The position numbers were made by a program, and so were the translations under genes. 64,000 nucleotides of DNA from an uncultured Phycisphaerales bacterium (GTDB taxonomy: Bacteria > Planctomycetota > Phycisphaerae > Tepidisphaerales > Tepidisphaeraceae), in NCBI GenBank assembly GCA_963758525.1, contig CAVWVQ010000003.1, positions 1,920,001 through 1,984,000 of the forward strand, written 5' to 3'. The first letter of the stretch is position 1. Each line of letters opens with the position of its first letter. Shown in pieces: positions 37,581 to 48,367 of this stretch. Below the pieces are notes generated by a model. It ran no database searches. It was not told where the DNA came from and saw only the letters and a program-made list of their open reading frames with translations.

Positions 37581-40364
37581 CTACTGCGCGCCGAGCCGGT
37601 AGACATCGACCGCGCCTTGCGAATCAAAGACCGCGACCTCCGAGTTGCCGGCGGGTAGGACGGCTATTGGAACGCGGCTCACGTCAAACGCGCTGAGGAA
37701 CGCGAGCTTGGCGCCGCTGCGACGATAGATGTGTCCCTTGCCGCCGCCGATGGCGACGATAGACCCTTCGGGCGTGAAGCAGGTCACCACGTCCGCCAGG
37801 TCCAAAGCAATAAACTGATACTCGCCGGATTCCTGCACCACGGCGCAGCCGGAATCGAAGGCGGCGATCATTCGCGAAACAGTGAAGGGGGGATTCGGCG
37901 TCAATCGACGCACTGGGAACGGCAGTTCGATGACAGTCGACCGCGAGCTTGCGGCGTCAAAGCGGATGAGTTGATTGCCGCGGCCGATAAAGACCTTGCC
38001 CTTGCGCGCGGCCATGGGAACTGGAAGGGCCGCGTTCTCAATTGGTCCGGATTCCAGCGATATCGAATGGCTGGAGAGCACCGTCCCGGCGGCGGCGCAA
38101 CCGGCCAGTGTCATATCCGCCGCGTCGCCCCCGTGAAGAACCCAGGTAGTCCCGTTTTCGTCCCTGCATGCGCCGACGCACGTTGAGTCCATGTACGCCG
38201 GCGTGTCGACGATCATCGCGTCCTGAAACACGTCAATTCGCGGCAGGTTGAATGGTCCGATTCGATGGTCGAAGCCGACCTTGAGCGCGGCGAGCACCGC
38301 ATCGGAACCGTGTCCCGGCGCCAGCAAAAGATAATTGCGTACGATTTGAGGAAGTGAGCAGGAGGCGCTGACCGTCCGTCCGTCCCAAACGCCTCGCACC
38401 AGCGTGCAGCGCATCCCGCGCGTGCCCAGGGCAAGGAATCCGCCCGGAATGGATACCACCGTGCGGACCTCGTGGCTTTCGATGAGGCGAAACGACCTGG
38501 CAAGCGTCGGAGATCCCTTGACCGCGATCGGGGTTGTCCGCGGAGCGGGCGCCGGCTTTGAGTTCACACTCGAGAGGAACCGATTCCCATCCCGGGCCAG
38601 CAACTGATCCGCCGGAACAAGCGCGGTGACCGCAGTGACCAATGCGCGGCGCTCGGATGCGTCAGCCGACGAAAGGCGGTTCCCCGCCAGCACGCGAGCG
38701 CCGTCGGCAGAGCGGGCGCGGACGTTCGGGTTGGGATAGCCCGACGCGACGGAGCAGAAACTTTGCACCAGCGTGAGGTTCAGCGCGGAAGGAGACGGGC
38801 GATCGCGCAGCGCCGCGACTCGGCTGATCGCATCGTCGTGACGGCCGAGCCGGCCGCACATCGCGAACCATTCGCGCAGGCAGATGCCGGCTTTGTTCGA
38901 CTCGGGCCAGGTTGATGCGAGCAGGGCCATCGCCTGGTCCGGCTCAGCGAGCTTTCTCTCCAGAAGCAGCGCCGCCGCGAGTACGTCGTTGCGATGCAGC
39001 AGTTGCGCCACAGCCTGGCGGTAACATTCGCGCGATTCTTCCATCTGCCCGAGCCGTTCGTGCAGTCCCGCGGCGGTTTCGTGCAATTGCAGCGAACGAT
39101 AGAGAGGAATCGCTTCCAGCAGCAGGCCGCCTTCAGTGAGGCAATCGGCGGCCGCCCTGGGATTCTTCAACTGCGATTGGTAGATCGCTGCCGCTTCGCG
39201 GAACAACCGGCCGCGCTTAAGCGCGTCGGCCGCCGCGCCAAAATCTCCCAGCAGGTGCGCGAAGATGTACGCCGCCCGGGAGAACCGGCCGAGGTTCAGC
39301 TCGCGGTTGGCCGACTCACGATAACGGTCGCGAAGCTGCTTCTGGAGGTCGCCCGGAACCGCCCAATTGTCACTGGGGCGATCGCCCCCGAACAATTTCG
39401 AAAGGTTGAAGTCGACCGAGCGACGGCCCAGCGAATCGCTCGGAGGTGCCACGCCGCGACTGGCGACATCGCGCAGGGGCAGCGCGAACTGCAGCCCGGT
39501 ATCCGGGTCGGACTGCAGGAGCTTGAGCAGGCGGTTGAGCTCGCGATTGCGACGCTCCTGCAGCGCTTCGTCGATCGCCTTCAGTTTTGCTGTCGCCCAG
39601 CGTCGCAGCGGTCCGGCTTGCCGAGGAGGTTTTGCGCCCTTGGCGGCGGAGGGACCCTTCGCAGGCGGGGAAGATCTGCCGGACAACAGCCGCACCAGCG
39701 CCTTCATCAACGGCTGAACTGCTTTCCTGACCGCGTGCCCCATCGCATCGCGCAGCGGCGATTCATCGGGCGCAGGGGGCAGAGTTTCCTCGACGCCCGA
39801 GCCGATGTCGTCCCGGCCCATGTCGAGAATCTCCTGCATCGAGGGCAAAGCAGCGGCCAGCACGGACACCAGCGGAGGCCGTTGCGAAATCCCGGCTTCG
39901 GCCCGGCTCCAATCCGCCGGCCGCCGCGGCGGCGGGGCCAGCAGCGACTCAACGGCAATCGCATCCTCCGCGCGGAATCCGACGAGTCCCGCCGCCGGGT
40001 GCAACACCTGCACGTCCCACAAAAGATTCTCCCGCAGCTCTTGAGGTGAAATCTCCGGATCGAGACGAGCGTCCAACGGGTAGAACAGCCGGTTCTCAAG
40101 CTGCGCATAAGGCAGCGCCGCCGACACACTGGGCTTCCCCGCTTTCAACACCACCAACACGCCGCAGGGCCGCGGATCATCGATTCCACTGGGGAGTACA
40201 TAAAGTTGCGCATCGACCAATGACACATTCCACTGGGTAATTTCGTCGAGCCACCGTTCGATCTCCTCGCCCGGCGCGAACCACGCCGCCGCGTCGCGCG
40301 ACCGCCCCGGCGCGAGATTCATCGCCAACGAAAATTCGACGAGCCGCGGCTTCGGCGCCATCAT
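37581..40364 (-). CDS. MoxR-vWA-beta-propeller ternary system component (bpX3-like N-terminus, TPR-like region, beta-propeller)
   Basis: 'AAAWF...WLDEITQW...LHPAAGLVGF', 'RAAYIFAHLLGD'. Domain name assigned from recalled motifs. Confidence 0.7.
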   Translation of the reverse strand: MMAPKPRLVEFSLAMNLAPGRSRDAAAWFAPGEEIERWLDEITQWNVSLVDAQLYVLPSGIDDPRPCGVLVVLKAGKPSVSAALPYAQLENRLFYPLDARLDPEISPQELRENLLWDVQVLHPAAGLVGFRAEDAIAVESLLAPPPRRPADWSRAEAGISQRPPLVSVLAAALPSMQEILDMGRDDIGSGVEETLPPAPDESPLRDAMGHAVRKAVQPLMKALVRLLSGRSSPPAKGPSAAKGAKPPRQAGPLRRWATAKLKAIDEALQERRNRELNRLLKLLQSDPDTGLQFALPLRDVASRGVAPPSDSLGRRSVDFNLSKLFGGDRPSDNWAVPGDLQKQLRDRYRESANRELNLGRFSRAAYIFAHLLGDFGAAADALKRGRLFREAAAIYQSQLKNPRAAADCLTEGGLLLEAIPLYRSLQLHETAAGLHERLGQMEESRECYRQAVAQLLHRNDVLAAALLLERKLAEPDQAMALLASTWPESNKAGICLREWFAMCGRLGRHDDAISRVAALRDRPSPSALNLTLVQSFCSVASGYPNPNVRARSADGARVLAGNRLSSADASERRALVTAVTALVPADQLLARDGNRFLSSVNSKPAPAPRTTPIAVKGSPTLARSFRLIESHEVRTVVSIPGGFLALGTRGMRCTLVRGVWDGRTVSASCSLPQIVRNYLLLAPGHGSDAVLAALKVGFDHRIGPFNLPRIDVFQDAMIVDTPAYMDSTCVGACRDENGTTWVLHGGDAADMTLAGCAAAGTVLSSHSISLESGPIENAALPVPMAARKGKVFIGRGNQLIRFDAASSRSTVIELPFPVRRLTPNPPFTVSRMIAAFDSGCAVVQESGEYQFIALDLADVVTCFTPEGSIVAIGGGKGHIYRRSGAKLAFLSAFDVSRVPIAVLPAGNSEVAVFDSQGAVDVYRLGAQ

Positions 40365-43130
40365 CGCAGATGCTCCGTGAATCGATGGAGTAATTCGTCC
40401 AGATGCCGCGGGTCATACGACGTATCGCTGCCGTGGAAGCAGCGAGGTCCGTACACGCGGCCATCGGAAGACCAGGCAGCCAACGCTCCGTCGTTGTGCA
40501 GCACCAGTGTGATCTCCGGCACGTTGCGGTTGGCACTTTTCAAATGGAGCAGTCCGCGCGAATCGAGAAACGCCTGGCTGCCGTCGCTCCACGACGCCGC
40601 GCGCAGGTGAAATCCGGTCCCGGGCGGGCCGTCCAGGCGGTCAAACTGGCGAATCGCTCCATCACCGTCTGTCACCCGGTATCCCGAGTGGACCAGCCGC
40701 AGATCCGAACCGCACAGCTTGATTTCCAGTAGTTGTGTCGTCCCCGAGCGGAGCAAGAGATTGCCATCAGTACCGACAAGGATCGCCGAGAAATACTTGC
40801 GAAGAGATTGTGAAGGCGCAGCATATCTGCCGGTGCCGTCGAGCACTTTTCTGAGCTTCGCGGTGGTGGCAACCCACTTCGTCGACTCCGGCTCCAACTC
40901 CAGGTAGTAGTGCGTCGGTATTTTCCCAAGCGTTTTGCCAACAATTGCGCGCGCGTCTGATGTAATTCCTTCGAAGACGAGCGTGTGATCAATGCCCGGC
41001 CGTACCACTTGCGGGCTCGATGAAACGGTCCGAATTTCGCCATCGGATGCCATGAGCAGCGGGCCGTCAAATCCGATCATTTCGAAGATGGGGGCCGACC
41101 ATGGAAGTTTGGTTGGAATTTGCTCCAGCGTCAGTTTCCCGGCGTTGAGCGACAGCAGCGTGCGGGAACCGGGACTGGCAAAGAGACGGCCGCGAAGCCA
41201 TCGATGCGATGAAATATCCAATATCGCAAGCGGTTCTGCCGAATGCAGGTTGTAAGCGCGAGCAGTCTTTCGACCGATGACGAAAATCGTGTCCTCCCGC
41301 ATCGTCACGGCGCGCGGCACCTCATCGATCCCCGCCAGTTGGATGGTTGTCTGATCCGCAGTGTCTAAACCCACCACGCACAAAGTGCATGACGGCGCGC
41401 CGGCCCGCGTCGACGATGTGAACACGGATGCGAGCGCCTTGTTGTCTGTGGTAAATCGAAACAGGTCGAGCCGTCCCGTCGGCATGCGATCGCTGAGAAT
41501 GCGCGCTGCAAGCTGGGAATTGCCCCACTGCAACAACTGCCGGTCGCGCGTGAGGGCAGCCCTCTCCCCCAGACCATTTGAAACGATCTGCCGAGGCCGT
41601 GCGCCGGGCGGAAGCAGCAGCGGAAATGGATGCATGCTGAGAATCACCGGAAGGTGAGCGGACCGGTGCACGAGAGGCGGCTGGGCGCGGCGGGGAGCCC
41701 TTGGGGGCGGATTGAGAAGCTTTTCGATATCCAGCCTCGCCTGTCGAAGCAGCGATTTCCCCGCGGACGTGAGCGACCAGAGGCGAAACGTGCCGTCGCG
41801 CGCGACGGTGGCGGCATACCCTTTGAAGCGGTCAAGCTTTTGCAGCGCATTGCGAAGTTCCGGATCGTCCAACACGTCTTCCTGCGTGATCAAAAATGCT
41901 TCCGACAGATCGGCCGCTGTTGATACCTGCGCGAGAAACGCCGGCAGCGCCTGGCCGAAATGCGGCTGTGTTTCCAGCGACTCAAGATGCGCCACAAGAC
42001 CCTCGCGGGTGGTGAGGTCCACCGGAACAACCTCACTGCCCTGGGGCCGAAAGCTGCTCAGTTCACCTTGCACGTCGCCGGTGGCGGCCAGCGCCAGAGC
42101 GACGGCGGCGGCATAAATGCGGGGGACGCCCCACGTGCGAATCCCCGTGTCAATCAGCAGCACGCGACGATGCGGCGGCTCGCGGGGTGGCGACTCGCGC
42201 TGCAGATACAGCGCCTCGTTCACCGCCACGCGCACCGCCAGCGTCAGATCATCATGCGCCAGTTCACTGAGCAGAAGACGGTCCAGTTGCCCCCGGTTGG
42301 ACAAATCCGATACGCCGCCGGTGGGCAATTGCTCGTGACGGTGCAGCGACCTGGGCACATGGACGGCGGCCAGCAGGTTGCGCAAGGCGGGAAAGGCCCC
42401 CAAGCTCGGGATCATCTGCCAGATCGGCCAACAGATGATGGACCCGTTTGGCGGGACCGAGATCTTCGTCAGGCGGCCGAAGCTCCCGATCCAGTCCGGT
42501 GCGCAGCCGGAGGAGCAATCGGTCGGCATCGATTTCGTTGAGTCCCTTTTGCAATGCGTCGATGCTGTCGACCAATTCGCGGATCGCTGTGTTCGGCGGC
42601 CGAGCCAGCGCAAATGTGGCGGGATCGGCGCCCGATCGCAGCTCGACAATGACCTGCTCTGCGACGTCGCGCGACGTCGAGCGATCGCTTGCGTCGAAGA
42701 CCGCCTCGGCCAACACTGTCTTGGCCGCCAGCGGATGGCGAAGTTCCGGTGTCAGCGTGGCGACGCGATCAAGCCCCGCGATGAGCGTGGCGGTATCCCC
42801 TTCAAGGCGATGACCGATTGCGCGAAGCGTCACGCCCGCGGCACTGGTGGAATCGCTGCCCCCGGGGAGGCAAATGTCCTGCGCATGCAACAACAGTTTG
42901 CGGCTTGACGCGTTCCACCCGTCGCGTGTTGCCGCCAGCAGCAGCACGATCGCCGCAAACGGCGGCAAGCCGCGGGGCGCCAGCCGCTCGACGACGGCAA
43001 GCAGTTCCTGCCGGAAGGCGATCGTTTCACCGCTCGTCCACGCGACTCTGCTGCCGTTGTCGTCCCACGTCCACATCGATCGATGCGGCGGCAACAGATA
43101 GGCGACTGCCGCCGCGCGATGGTCGATCAT
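40361..43130 (-). CDS. bpX0-vWA-bpX1-like component (frameshift near 42380)
   Basis: 'GLPPFAAIVLLLAA', 'GGVSDLSNRGQLDRLLLSELAHDD', vWA 'LIDTGIRTWG', C-terminal 'DGSQAFLDSRGLLHLKS'. Confidence 0.7.
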
Positions 43131-43863
43131 GGTGCACCTGCCGTTTCGGCAAACGATGCGAACGACCGGCGCGCGCGCTGCGCGAAGCAGGGATCACGCT
43201 CTCTGCCGGGATCCGCTCGTAGCTGCCATCCATCGCGAATAATGCGAGATCTCCCGGCGAAAGTCTCATGCAGCGCCGGACAATTTCGGATTCGACGCGC
43301 GGCGCCCAGCCGTAGCCGCAAGGCAGCAGCAGCCCATGGCGGTCGCAGTAATACAGGCCCCGCAGGGACGGCGAGGGAGATCCGAGGATCAACGCCCGCT
43401 GGTCGCCGCTCACGGCGAATCGCAGTTGTTCCAAGCGGACTCGTGCCGCGACATCGGCATAATCCACCCACTCTCGAAGCGAAATGACCACCGCTGAGGG
43501 GGATTCTTCCTGTTGCATCCGCACCAGACGCAATGGCGCTGATGGCCCTGCGCGCGCAGGCATCGCGGCAGGTTGCGGGCAGAACCGCACGACCGACGAA
43601 AAAGGCGACCACGGTCCATCAGGCAGCCTGCCTTCGGGAATGCGCCGGCCGACCCGCGTGATCGTCCCGCCGTCGTCAGCGGCGTAACGCACAGCGTCGG
43701 GAATGCAGCGCAGAATCCGGTCGATCTCTTCGGCGCGGCCCCCGTTGCTTTTGAGCCAGACATGATCCCCCGCGTCGCACGCTTCGACGCTGTCCCGCAG
43801 ACGAAGCGCCAGTGCCGCGTGCATCGACGAGCGAGGAAATCGGACTGCCCAGCGATCGCTCAC
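43127..43863 (-). CDS. bpX2-like component (frameshift near 43170)
   Basis: GTG overlaps the MoxR stop; 'RVRLEQLRFAVS...ALILGSP...LLLPCG'; ends ATGA-coupled to the next gene. Confidence 0.6.
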
Positions 43864-45047
43864 GCCGAACCTCCCTCCAGCGGGATCGTCTTCCACAGTG
43901 AATCCACGCGCTGCTGAAGAAACTGCCGCTGCTTCTCGTCCGCCACCCACTGCACCCGGCTGGCCAGCAGCGCCAGCCGATCCTTCAACATCGCATGCTG
44001 CGCCGCCGGAATCTGAGCATCCTTCAGACGAAGATCGATGGCATCCAGATCGCGGGCCAGTTCCTCCGCGTCCGGCAACGTATTGCTGGATCGCGGATGG
44101 TCCTGCGGGTTGGGAACGGCTTCGCGCAGCGCCTCCTGCACCAGCGCCGTCAATACTTCCTGCTGCTCCAGCGTATCCCACACGTGCCGGAAGACCCACA
44201 AGTCAGAAAGAATCGCCCGCGTTCGTCCCGAGAGAAGAGCGCTGGCAGCGACAAGCCGCTGCATCTTCACGGCCCGCCGATCCGAGAACGGCAGCCCCGC
44301 GTTCCGCAGACGGTGCACGAGGCTCGACAGCGGAACTGTTGTCGCTGAGAGATCGACGTCAATCAGCGACCGGTTCAGCCGGCGGATATCTTCCACATCG
44401 AAGGGCGGCGCTTGTCCTTCCCCGTTGCCGGCCTTTTGATCGAGTTTCCAGCCCGCATGCAATACGTCTATCAGTCGATCATCCGGAACGTTCTCACACG
44501 TTGCGCGAATCAGGAACCGGTCAAACAGCGCGCCCAGCGCGTCATCCTCCGGCAAGCGGTTGCTGGCGGCAAAGACCGCAAGCGTCGGCAGCGGACGGGT
44601 TTCGCGGCCGCGCCGGAAAATGCGCTCGTTCAGCACCATCAACAGGCTGTTGAGAATCGCGCTGTTGGCGTTGAGCAGTTCGTCGAGGAATACCAGCGAC
44701 GCCTCGGGAAGCATCCCTTCGGTGTTGGTCACCAGATCCCCTTCGCGCAGCCGGCGAATGTCGAAGGGGCCGAACAATTCGTTGGGCTCGGTAAAGCGCG
44801 TCAGCAAATATTCGAATGTCCGCCCTCCGATGCGGCGGCCGAGTTCGTAGATCAGCGCGCTCTTTGCCGTGCCGGGCGGCCCCAGCAGGAAAAGATTCTC
44901 GCCGGCGGTCAGTGCGATGCCGATCAAATCGACGATCTCGTCTTTTCCGACGAAGGACCTCTTCAGCGGATCAAGCACGTCGGTGACGAGCCGTCGGCCC
45001 AGCGACGTGGCGTCTGGTTCAACTTGTCCGGAAGGCAATGTCTCCAT
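43860..45047 (-). CDS. MoxR/RavA-type AAA+ ATPase
   Basis: 'GPPGTAKS', 'YLLTRFTEPNELFGP', 'FLDE', 'ASNRLP', 'ALFDRF'. Confidence 0.92.
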   Translation of the reverse strand: METLPSGQVEPDATSLGRRLVTDVLDPLKRSFVGKDEIVDLIGIALTAGENLFLLGPPGTAKSALIYELGRRIGGRTFEYLLTRFTEPNELFGPFDIRRLREGDLVTNTEGMLPEASLVFLDELLNANSAILNSLLMVLNERIFRRGRETRPLPTLAVFAASNRLPEDDALGALFDRFLIRATCENVPDDRLIDVLHAGWKLDQKAGNGEGQAPPFDVEDIRRLNRSLIDVDLSATTVPLSSLVHRLRNAGLPFSDRRAVKMQRLVAASALLSGRTRAILSDLWVFRHVWDTLEQQEVLTALVQEALREAVPNPQDHPRSSNTLPDAEELARDLDAIDLRLKDAQIPAAQHAMLKDRLALLASRVQWVADEKQRQFLQQRVDSLWKTIPLEGGSA

Positions 45048-45772
45048 CAGGTCTGCTCCTCTATGCCCTTCATTGCTTCGCTGATCGCCGGCGCCAGCGA
45101 AGGATAGGCGCCCAGAGCAACCCGCACCGCTTCCCGAACCGTTGGCGGCTGCAAGCGCGTGGTGTCGCTTCGTTCGATGATCCGATCAACATACAACCGG
45201 CAGAGGCTCGGGTTCGAAAGAATCGGATCGAGATCGTCGGGTGCACACGTCACTCCGCTCATCCCCACGGACGAGAGCGGCCAGTGCTCTGCCATGCGCT
45301 GCAGTTGATCAACCAGCGGATCGCGCTCGCCGACGCCCCTGGCCAGACGGGTGATGTCAGGCAGATAGCGCAGAAACAGATCCGCCGAGTAGGCGCGCTC
45401 CGCTGGTGACGCGGCCGGGCAGGACGCTTCGAGCGCCTCGGAGCCGAAAGTCGCAGTGCCAACGGAGGAAGGAAGAACCGCCGGGCCCGCCACAGACGTT
45501 GCCGCCGCAATCGTTTCCGCGTCGAATTCGCGATAGACCAGAAATCGGCACGCCTTTTCGATGAACGAGAGCGCCCAGGCCGCCGTCGCGATCGACAGCC
45601 TCGGCGGAGTATGCGGCAGTTCCAACCTCTCCGCGGCATCCAGTTCCCGGATCGCCGCTTCCAGCTCTGCCGGAACTGCCGCTTCATCGCTGGGGGCGAG
45701 CGGGACAACCACCCGGCCCGTCTTCACAAGATCATGCAGAAAAGAGATCATATGATTCCCCGGGTGCTTCAT
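45047..45772 (-). CDS. bpX4-like component
   Basis: 'YSADLFLRYLPD', 'DPLV...WPLSSVG', 'LYVDRII'; adjacent to MoxR. Confidence 0.65.
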   Translation of the reverse strand: MKHPGNHMISFLHDLVKTGRVVVPLAPSDEAAVPAELEAAIRELDAAERLELPHTPPRLSIATAAWALSFIEKACRFLVYREFDAETIAAATSVAGPAVLPSSVGTATFGSEALEASCPAASPAERAYSADLFLRYLPDITRLARGVGERDPLVDQLQRMAEHWPLSSVGMSGVTCAPDDLDPILSNPSLCRLYVDRIIERSDTTRLQPPTVREAVRVALGAYPSLAPAISEAMKGIEEQT

Positions 45773-45880
45773 AAATCATCGTGTGAGCGAGGGTCGGCGC
45801 GGGTAAACGCTGCCCTACGGGTCAGCCGCTAAAAGATCTTGGGAAACATGCAGCCGCGCATGGAGATGCAGAACTTCGCT

Positions 45881-46588
45881 TTACGCGATTGTCGCTTCTG
45901 ACTGATACACCGCGGGGTCATGCACGCCGTTCGCCGCGAATCCCTTCAGTCGCAGCAGGCACGCATCGCACCGGCCGCACGCTTCGCCACGCGGCGATGG
46001 GTCGTAGCACGATGTGGTCATGGCAAAGTTCACTCCAAGCTCGAGGCCGCGCTTGACGATCTGAGCCTTGTTCAAATGCATCAACGGCGCATGAATCCGA
46101 AGTTGTTGCGCGCCTTCGACGCCCGCCTTGGTAGCGAGATTCGCCATTCGTTGGTACGCCTCGATATATTCCGGGCGGCAATCGGGATATCCGCTGTAAT
46201 CCAGGGCATTGACTCCAATGAACACGTCCGACGCCCCGAGCACTTCGGCCCACGCCAGCGCAAACGACAGGAAGATGGTGTTTCGAGCCGGCACGTACGT
46301 CACCGGAATCCCCTGCTCCATCTCCGCAACCGCGCGGTCTTTCGGAACGGCGATATCGCTGGTCAGAGCTGATCCGCCAAACAAGCGAAGATCGATGTCA
46401 ACGAACACGTGCTTCATCACGCTCAAGGCCGCAGCCACACGTTTCGCGTAATCGAGTTCCACTGCATGGCGCTGACCGTATCGGAACGACATGGCGTACA
46501 CATCGAAACCCTCGCTCCTGGCGATCGCCAGCGAGGTGGTTGAATCCAGTCCCCCGCTGAGGAGGACAACGGCAGGACGATTGCTCAT
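45881..46588 (-). CDS. queC: 7-cyano-7-deazaguanine synthase
   Basis: 'LLSGGLDS', 'YGQRH', 'TYVPARN', 'GYPDCR', 'SCY...CGRCDAC'. Confidence 0.96.
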   Translation of the reverse strand: MSNRPAVVLLSGGLDSTTSLAIARSEGFDVYAMSFRYGQRHAVELDYAKRVAAALSVMKHVFVDIDLRLFGGSALTSDIAVPKDRAVAEMEQGIPVTYVPARNTIFLSFALAWAEVLGASDVFIGVNALDYSGYPDCRPEYIEAYQRMANLATKAGVEGAQQLRIHAPLMHLNKAQIVKRGLELGVNFAMTTSCYDPSPRGEACGRCDACLLRLKGFAANGVHDPAVYQSEATIA

Positions 46589-46721
46589 GTCGACTTCTCT
46601 TTCACTTTGAACAGTTTCGAATTGTAGCTTCCACGCCGTTTCGCAAAAGCGCATCTCGACACACGCGTTAATTGGACGTCTAAACACGCACCCGCCAAAT
46701 CACCGCTCTAATCCCTGTTTT

Positions 46722-46750
46722 TTGACTGAATCTCCGCCATCGGCTATCGT
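46722..46750 (+). promoter_or_regulatory. Sigma-70-type promoter of the tRNA gene
   Basis: TTGACT-17 nt-TATCGT followed by a GC-rich stretch, 14 nt before the tRNA. Confidence 0.55.
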
Positions 46751-46764
46751 CTCCGCGCATTCCT

Positions 46765-46851
46765 GGAGGCGTGGCAGAGTGGTTGAATGCGCCGGTTTCG
46801 AAAACCGGTCGGCCCGCAAGGGTCGCGAGGGTTCGAATCCTTCCGCCTCCG
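46765..46851 (+). tRNA. tRNA-Ser (CGA)
   Basis: Acceptor GGAGGCG/CGCCTCC, anticodon arm CCGGT-TTCGAAA-ACCGG, long variable arm, T-loop GTTCGAATC; CCA not encoded. Confidence 0.95.
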
Positions 46852-47078
46852 TTGAGCACAACCGGAACATCCGATTGCGCCGGGTTCGACTCGAAAAGGC
46901 CCGCCAGATGCCCATACCAGGGAAGCAAAGGCAGCTTCGGCACAAGACCCATTCGATTGGCAATGCGGACGGTGTTTGGCGCCACGTGGTTGTACATTGC
47001 CGCAAAGGATCGCCGCGCAGTGCGCAGACTCGCGTAGATGCAGACCGCGCGATTTGGCGTCGCAGCCGAATCAAGTGG

Positions 47079-48233
47079 TTGATCGGCAGGCGCGGCGTCA
47101 AGCGATCATCGCTGGCCTGGACGCTTCCGGTTCTGATTGCCGCGTTGGCGCCGGTTGCGTTCTGCGCCGATCCCCCGCCGACGTTGCCATCAACGCAGCC
47201 CGCGGGCAACCTCGCTTGGTCCAACTCCGACACTGACACCACCCCAGCAGGCAAAGTTGCGTTTCACGGCCCGTTTTCCAACGAAACGATCAACATCACG
47301 CTCGACCAGCTTCCGCCGCACGAATACCTGGAGATTTCATTCGATTTCCTTGCGATCCGCACGCTCGACGGAAGCGTGCCGATGACGAACAACAGGCCGG
47401 TTGCTCTTGGCCCGGATTTCTTTCGACTGGGAATCTTCCAGGGACCCACGCTCTTCTACACCACCTTCAGCAACCGCCCCGACGATCCGGGGTTCGAAGA
47501 ACGTTCCAAATACCAAAATTACCCCAGCCAAGTCCCGGGGGATCATCTGCTTCCACAAACCGGTGCCCGCGAGAAAAACACGCTCGGGTACCTCTACCCG
47601 TGGCCTGGCGCGCCTAAGCCGTTTCCCTGTGATGCGACCTATCAGATCGACTTCACCATCCCGCACAGCGACTCGAAGGCGGTGGTTCAGCTTACGGGAA
47701 TGAATCTTCAGAATATCGTCGATGAGAGCTGGGGTGTCGCCAACTTCAAAGTGCGGACGTTGTCTGCCGACGAAGTCAGGCACTCCAGCACCGAAGCAAT
47801 CGCCGCCGCGTTCGCCGATTCCCTGAAAGGGGACTCCGACAACTTGCCGGGCGATTTTCAAACACTCATCCTGGGAATGGACGCCACCGCGGACTGGATC
47901 AAGGCCAATGTGGCGCCGCTGCCGATCGATGCGCAGAACGCCGAGCAGCTTGTTGCGGATCTGGCGGCAGACGACACGGAAATCGCCCGGCGCGAGTCGG
48001 CCGCCACCGCCCTGGCGGGCGTCGGGCCGGAGATGGAGCCTTACCTCCGCGACGTTCGCAACGTCGCCGTCGGCACTTTCCGTCAACGCGTCGATTGGCT
48101 GCTGCAATCCATCAGCGACACGGAGATTTTCGATGAGCGGTTGCGGCGCGTGATGCTCGCCACCCGCGTCCTGGAGATCATCGGCACTCCGCACGCGCGA
48201 GAAGTTCGCCGGCAGTTGACTCAGCAGGAGTAG
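47079..48233 (+). CDS. Secreted hypothetical protein with C-terminal HEAT-like repeats (start uncertain)
   Basis: Signal peptide 'SLAWTLPVLIAALAPVAFC', 'STQP' linker; the listed longer ORF overlaps the tRNA. Confidence 0.65.
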   Translation: MIGRRGVKRSSLAWTLPVLIAALAPVAFCADPPPTLPSTQPAGNLAWSNSDTDTTPAGKVAFHGPFSNETINITLDQLPPHEYLEISFDFLAIRTLDGSVPMTNNRPVALGPDFFRLGIFQGPTLFYTTFSNRPDDPGFEERSKYQNYPSQVPGDHLLPQTGAREKNTLGYLYPWPGAPKPFPCDATYQIDFTIPHSDSKAVVQLTGMNLQNIVDESWGVANFKVRTLSADEVRHSSTEAIAAAFADSLKGDSDNLPGDFQTLILGMDATADWIKANVAPLPIDAQNAEQLVADLAADDTEIARRESAATALAGVGPEMEPYLRDVRNVAVGTFRQRVDWLLQSISDTEIFDERLRRVMLATRVLEIIGTPHAREVRRQLTQQE

Positions 48234-48367
48234 CTGACTGTCGCTGTTTGTGATTTCTTTTTTTGTAGCCACAGCCGAGACGGCCGTGCTACGTGATGCG
48301 TCACCTGCAGTCGCGAAACTGATCAGGTCATGCGTGCGCGAGCACTTAGCCCGGATTATTCACGTGA

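Noticed and set aside
45881..46588. queC as part of a QatABCD or Dpd-type defence/DNA-modification system
   Set aside because: Canonical length and motifs of housekeeping QueC; no qat or dpd partner genes adjacent.
46765..46900. tRNA-Ser as integration site of an island; GGTTCGACTC near 46883 as a second tRNA fragment
   Set aside because: No duplicated tRNA 3' end or integrase seen, and the second motif lacks a T-stem and acceptor pairing.
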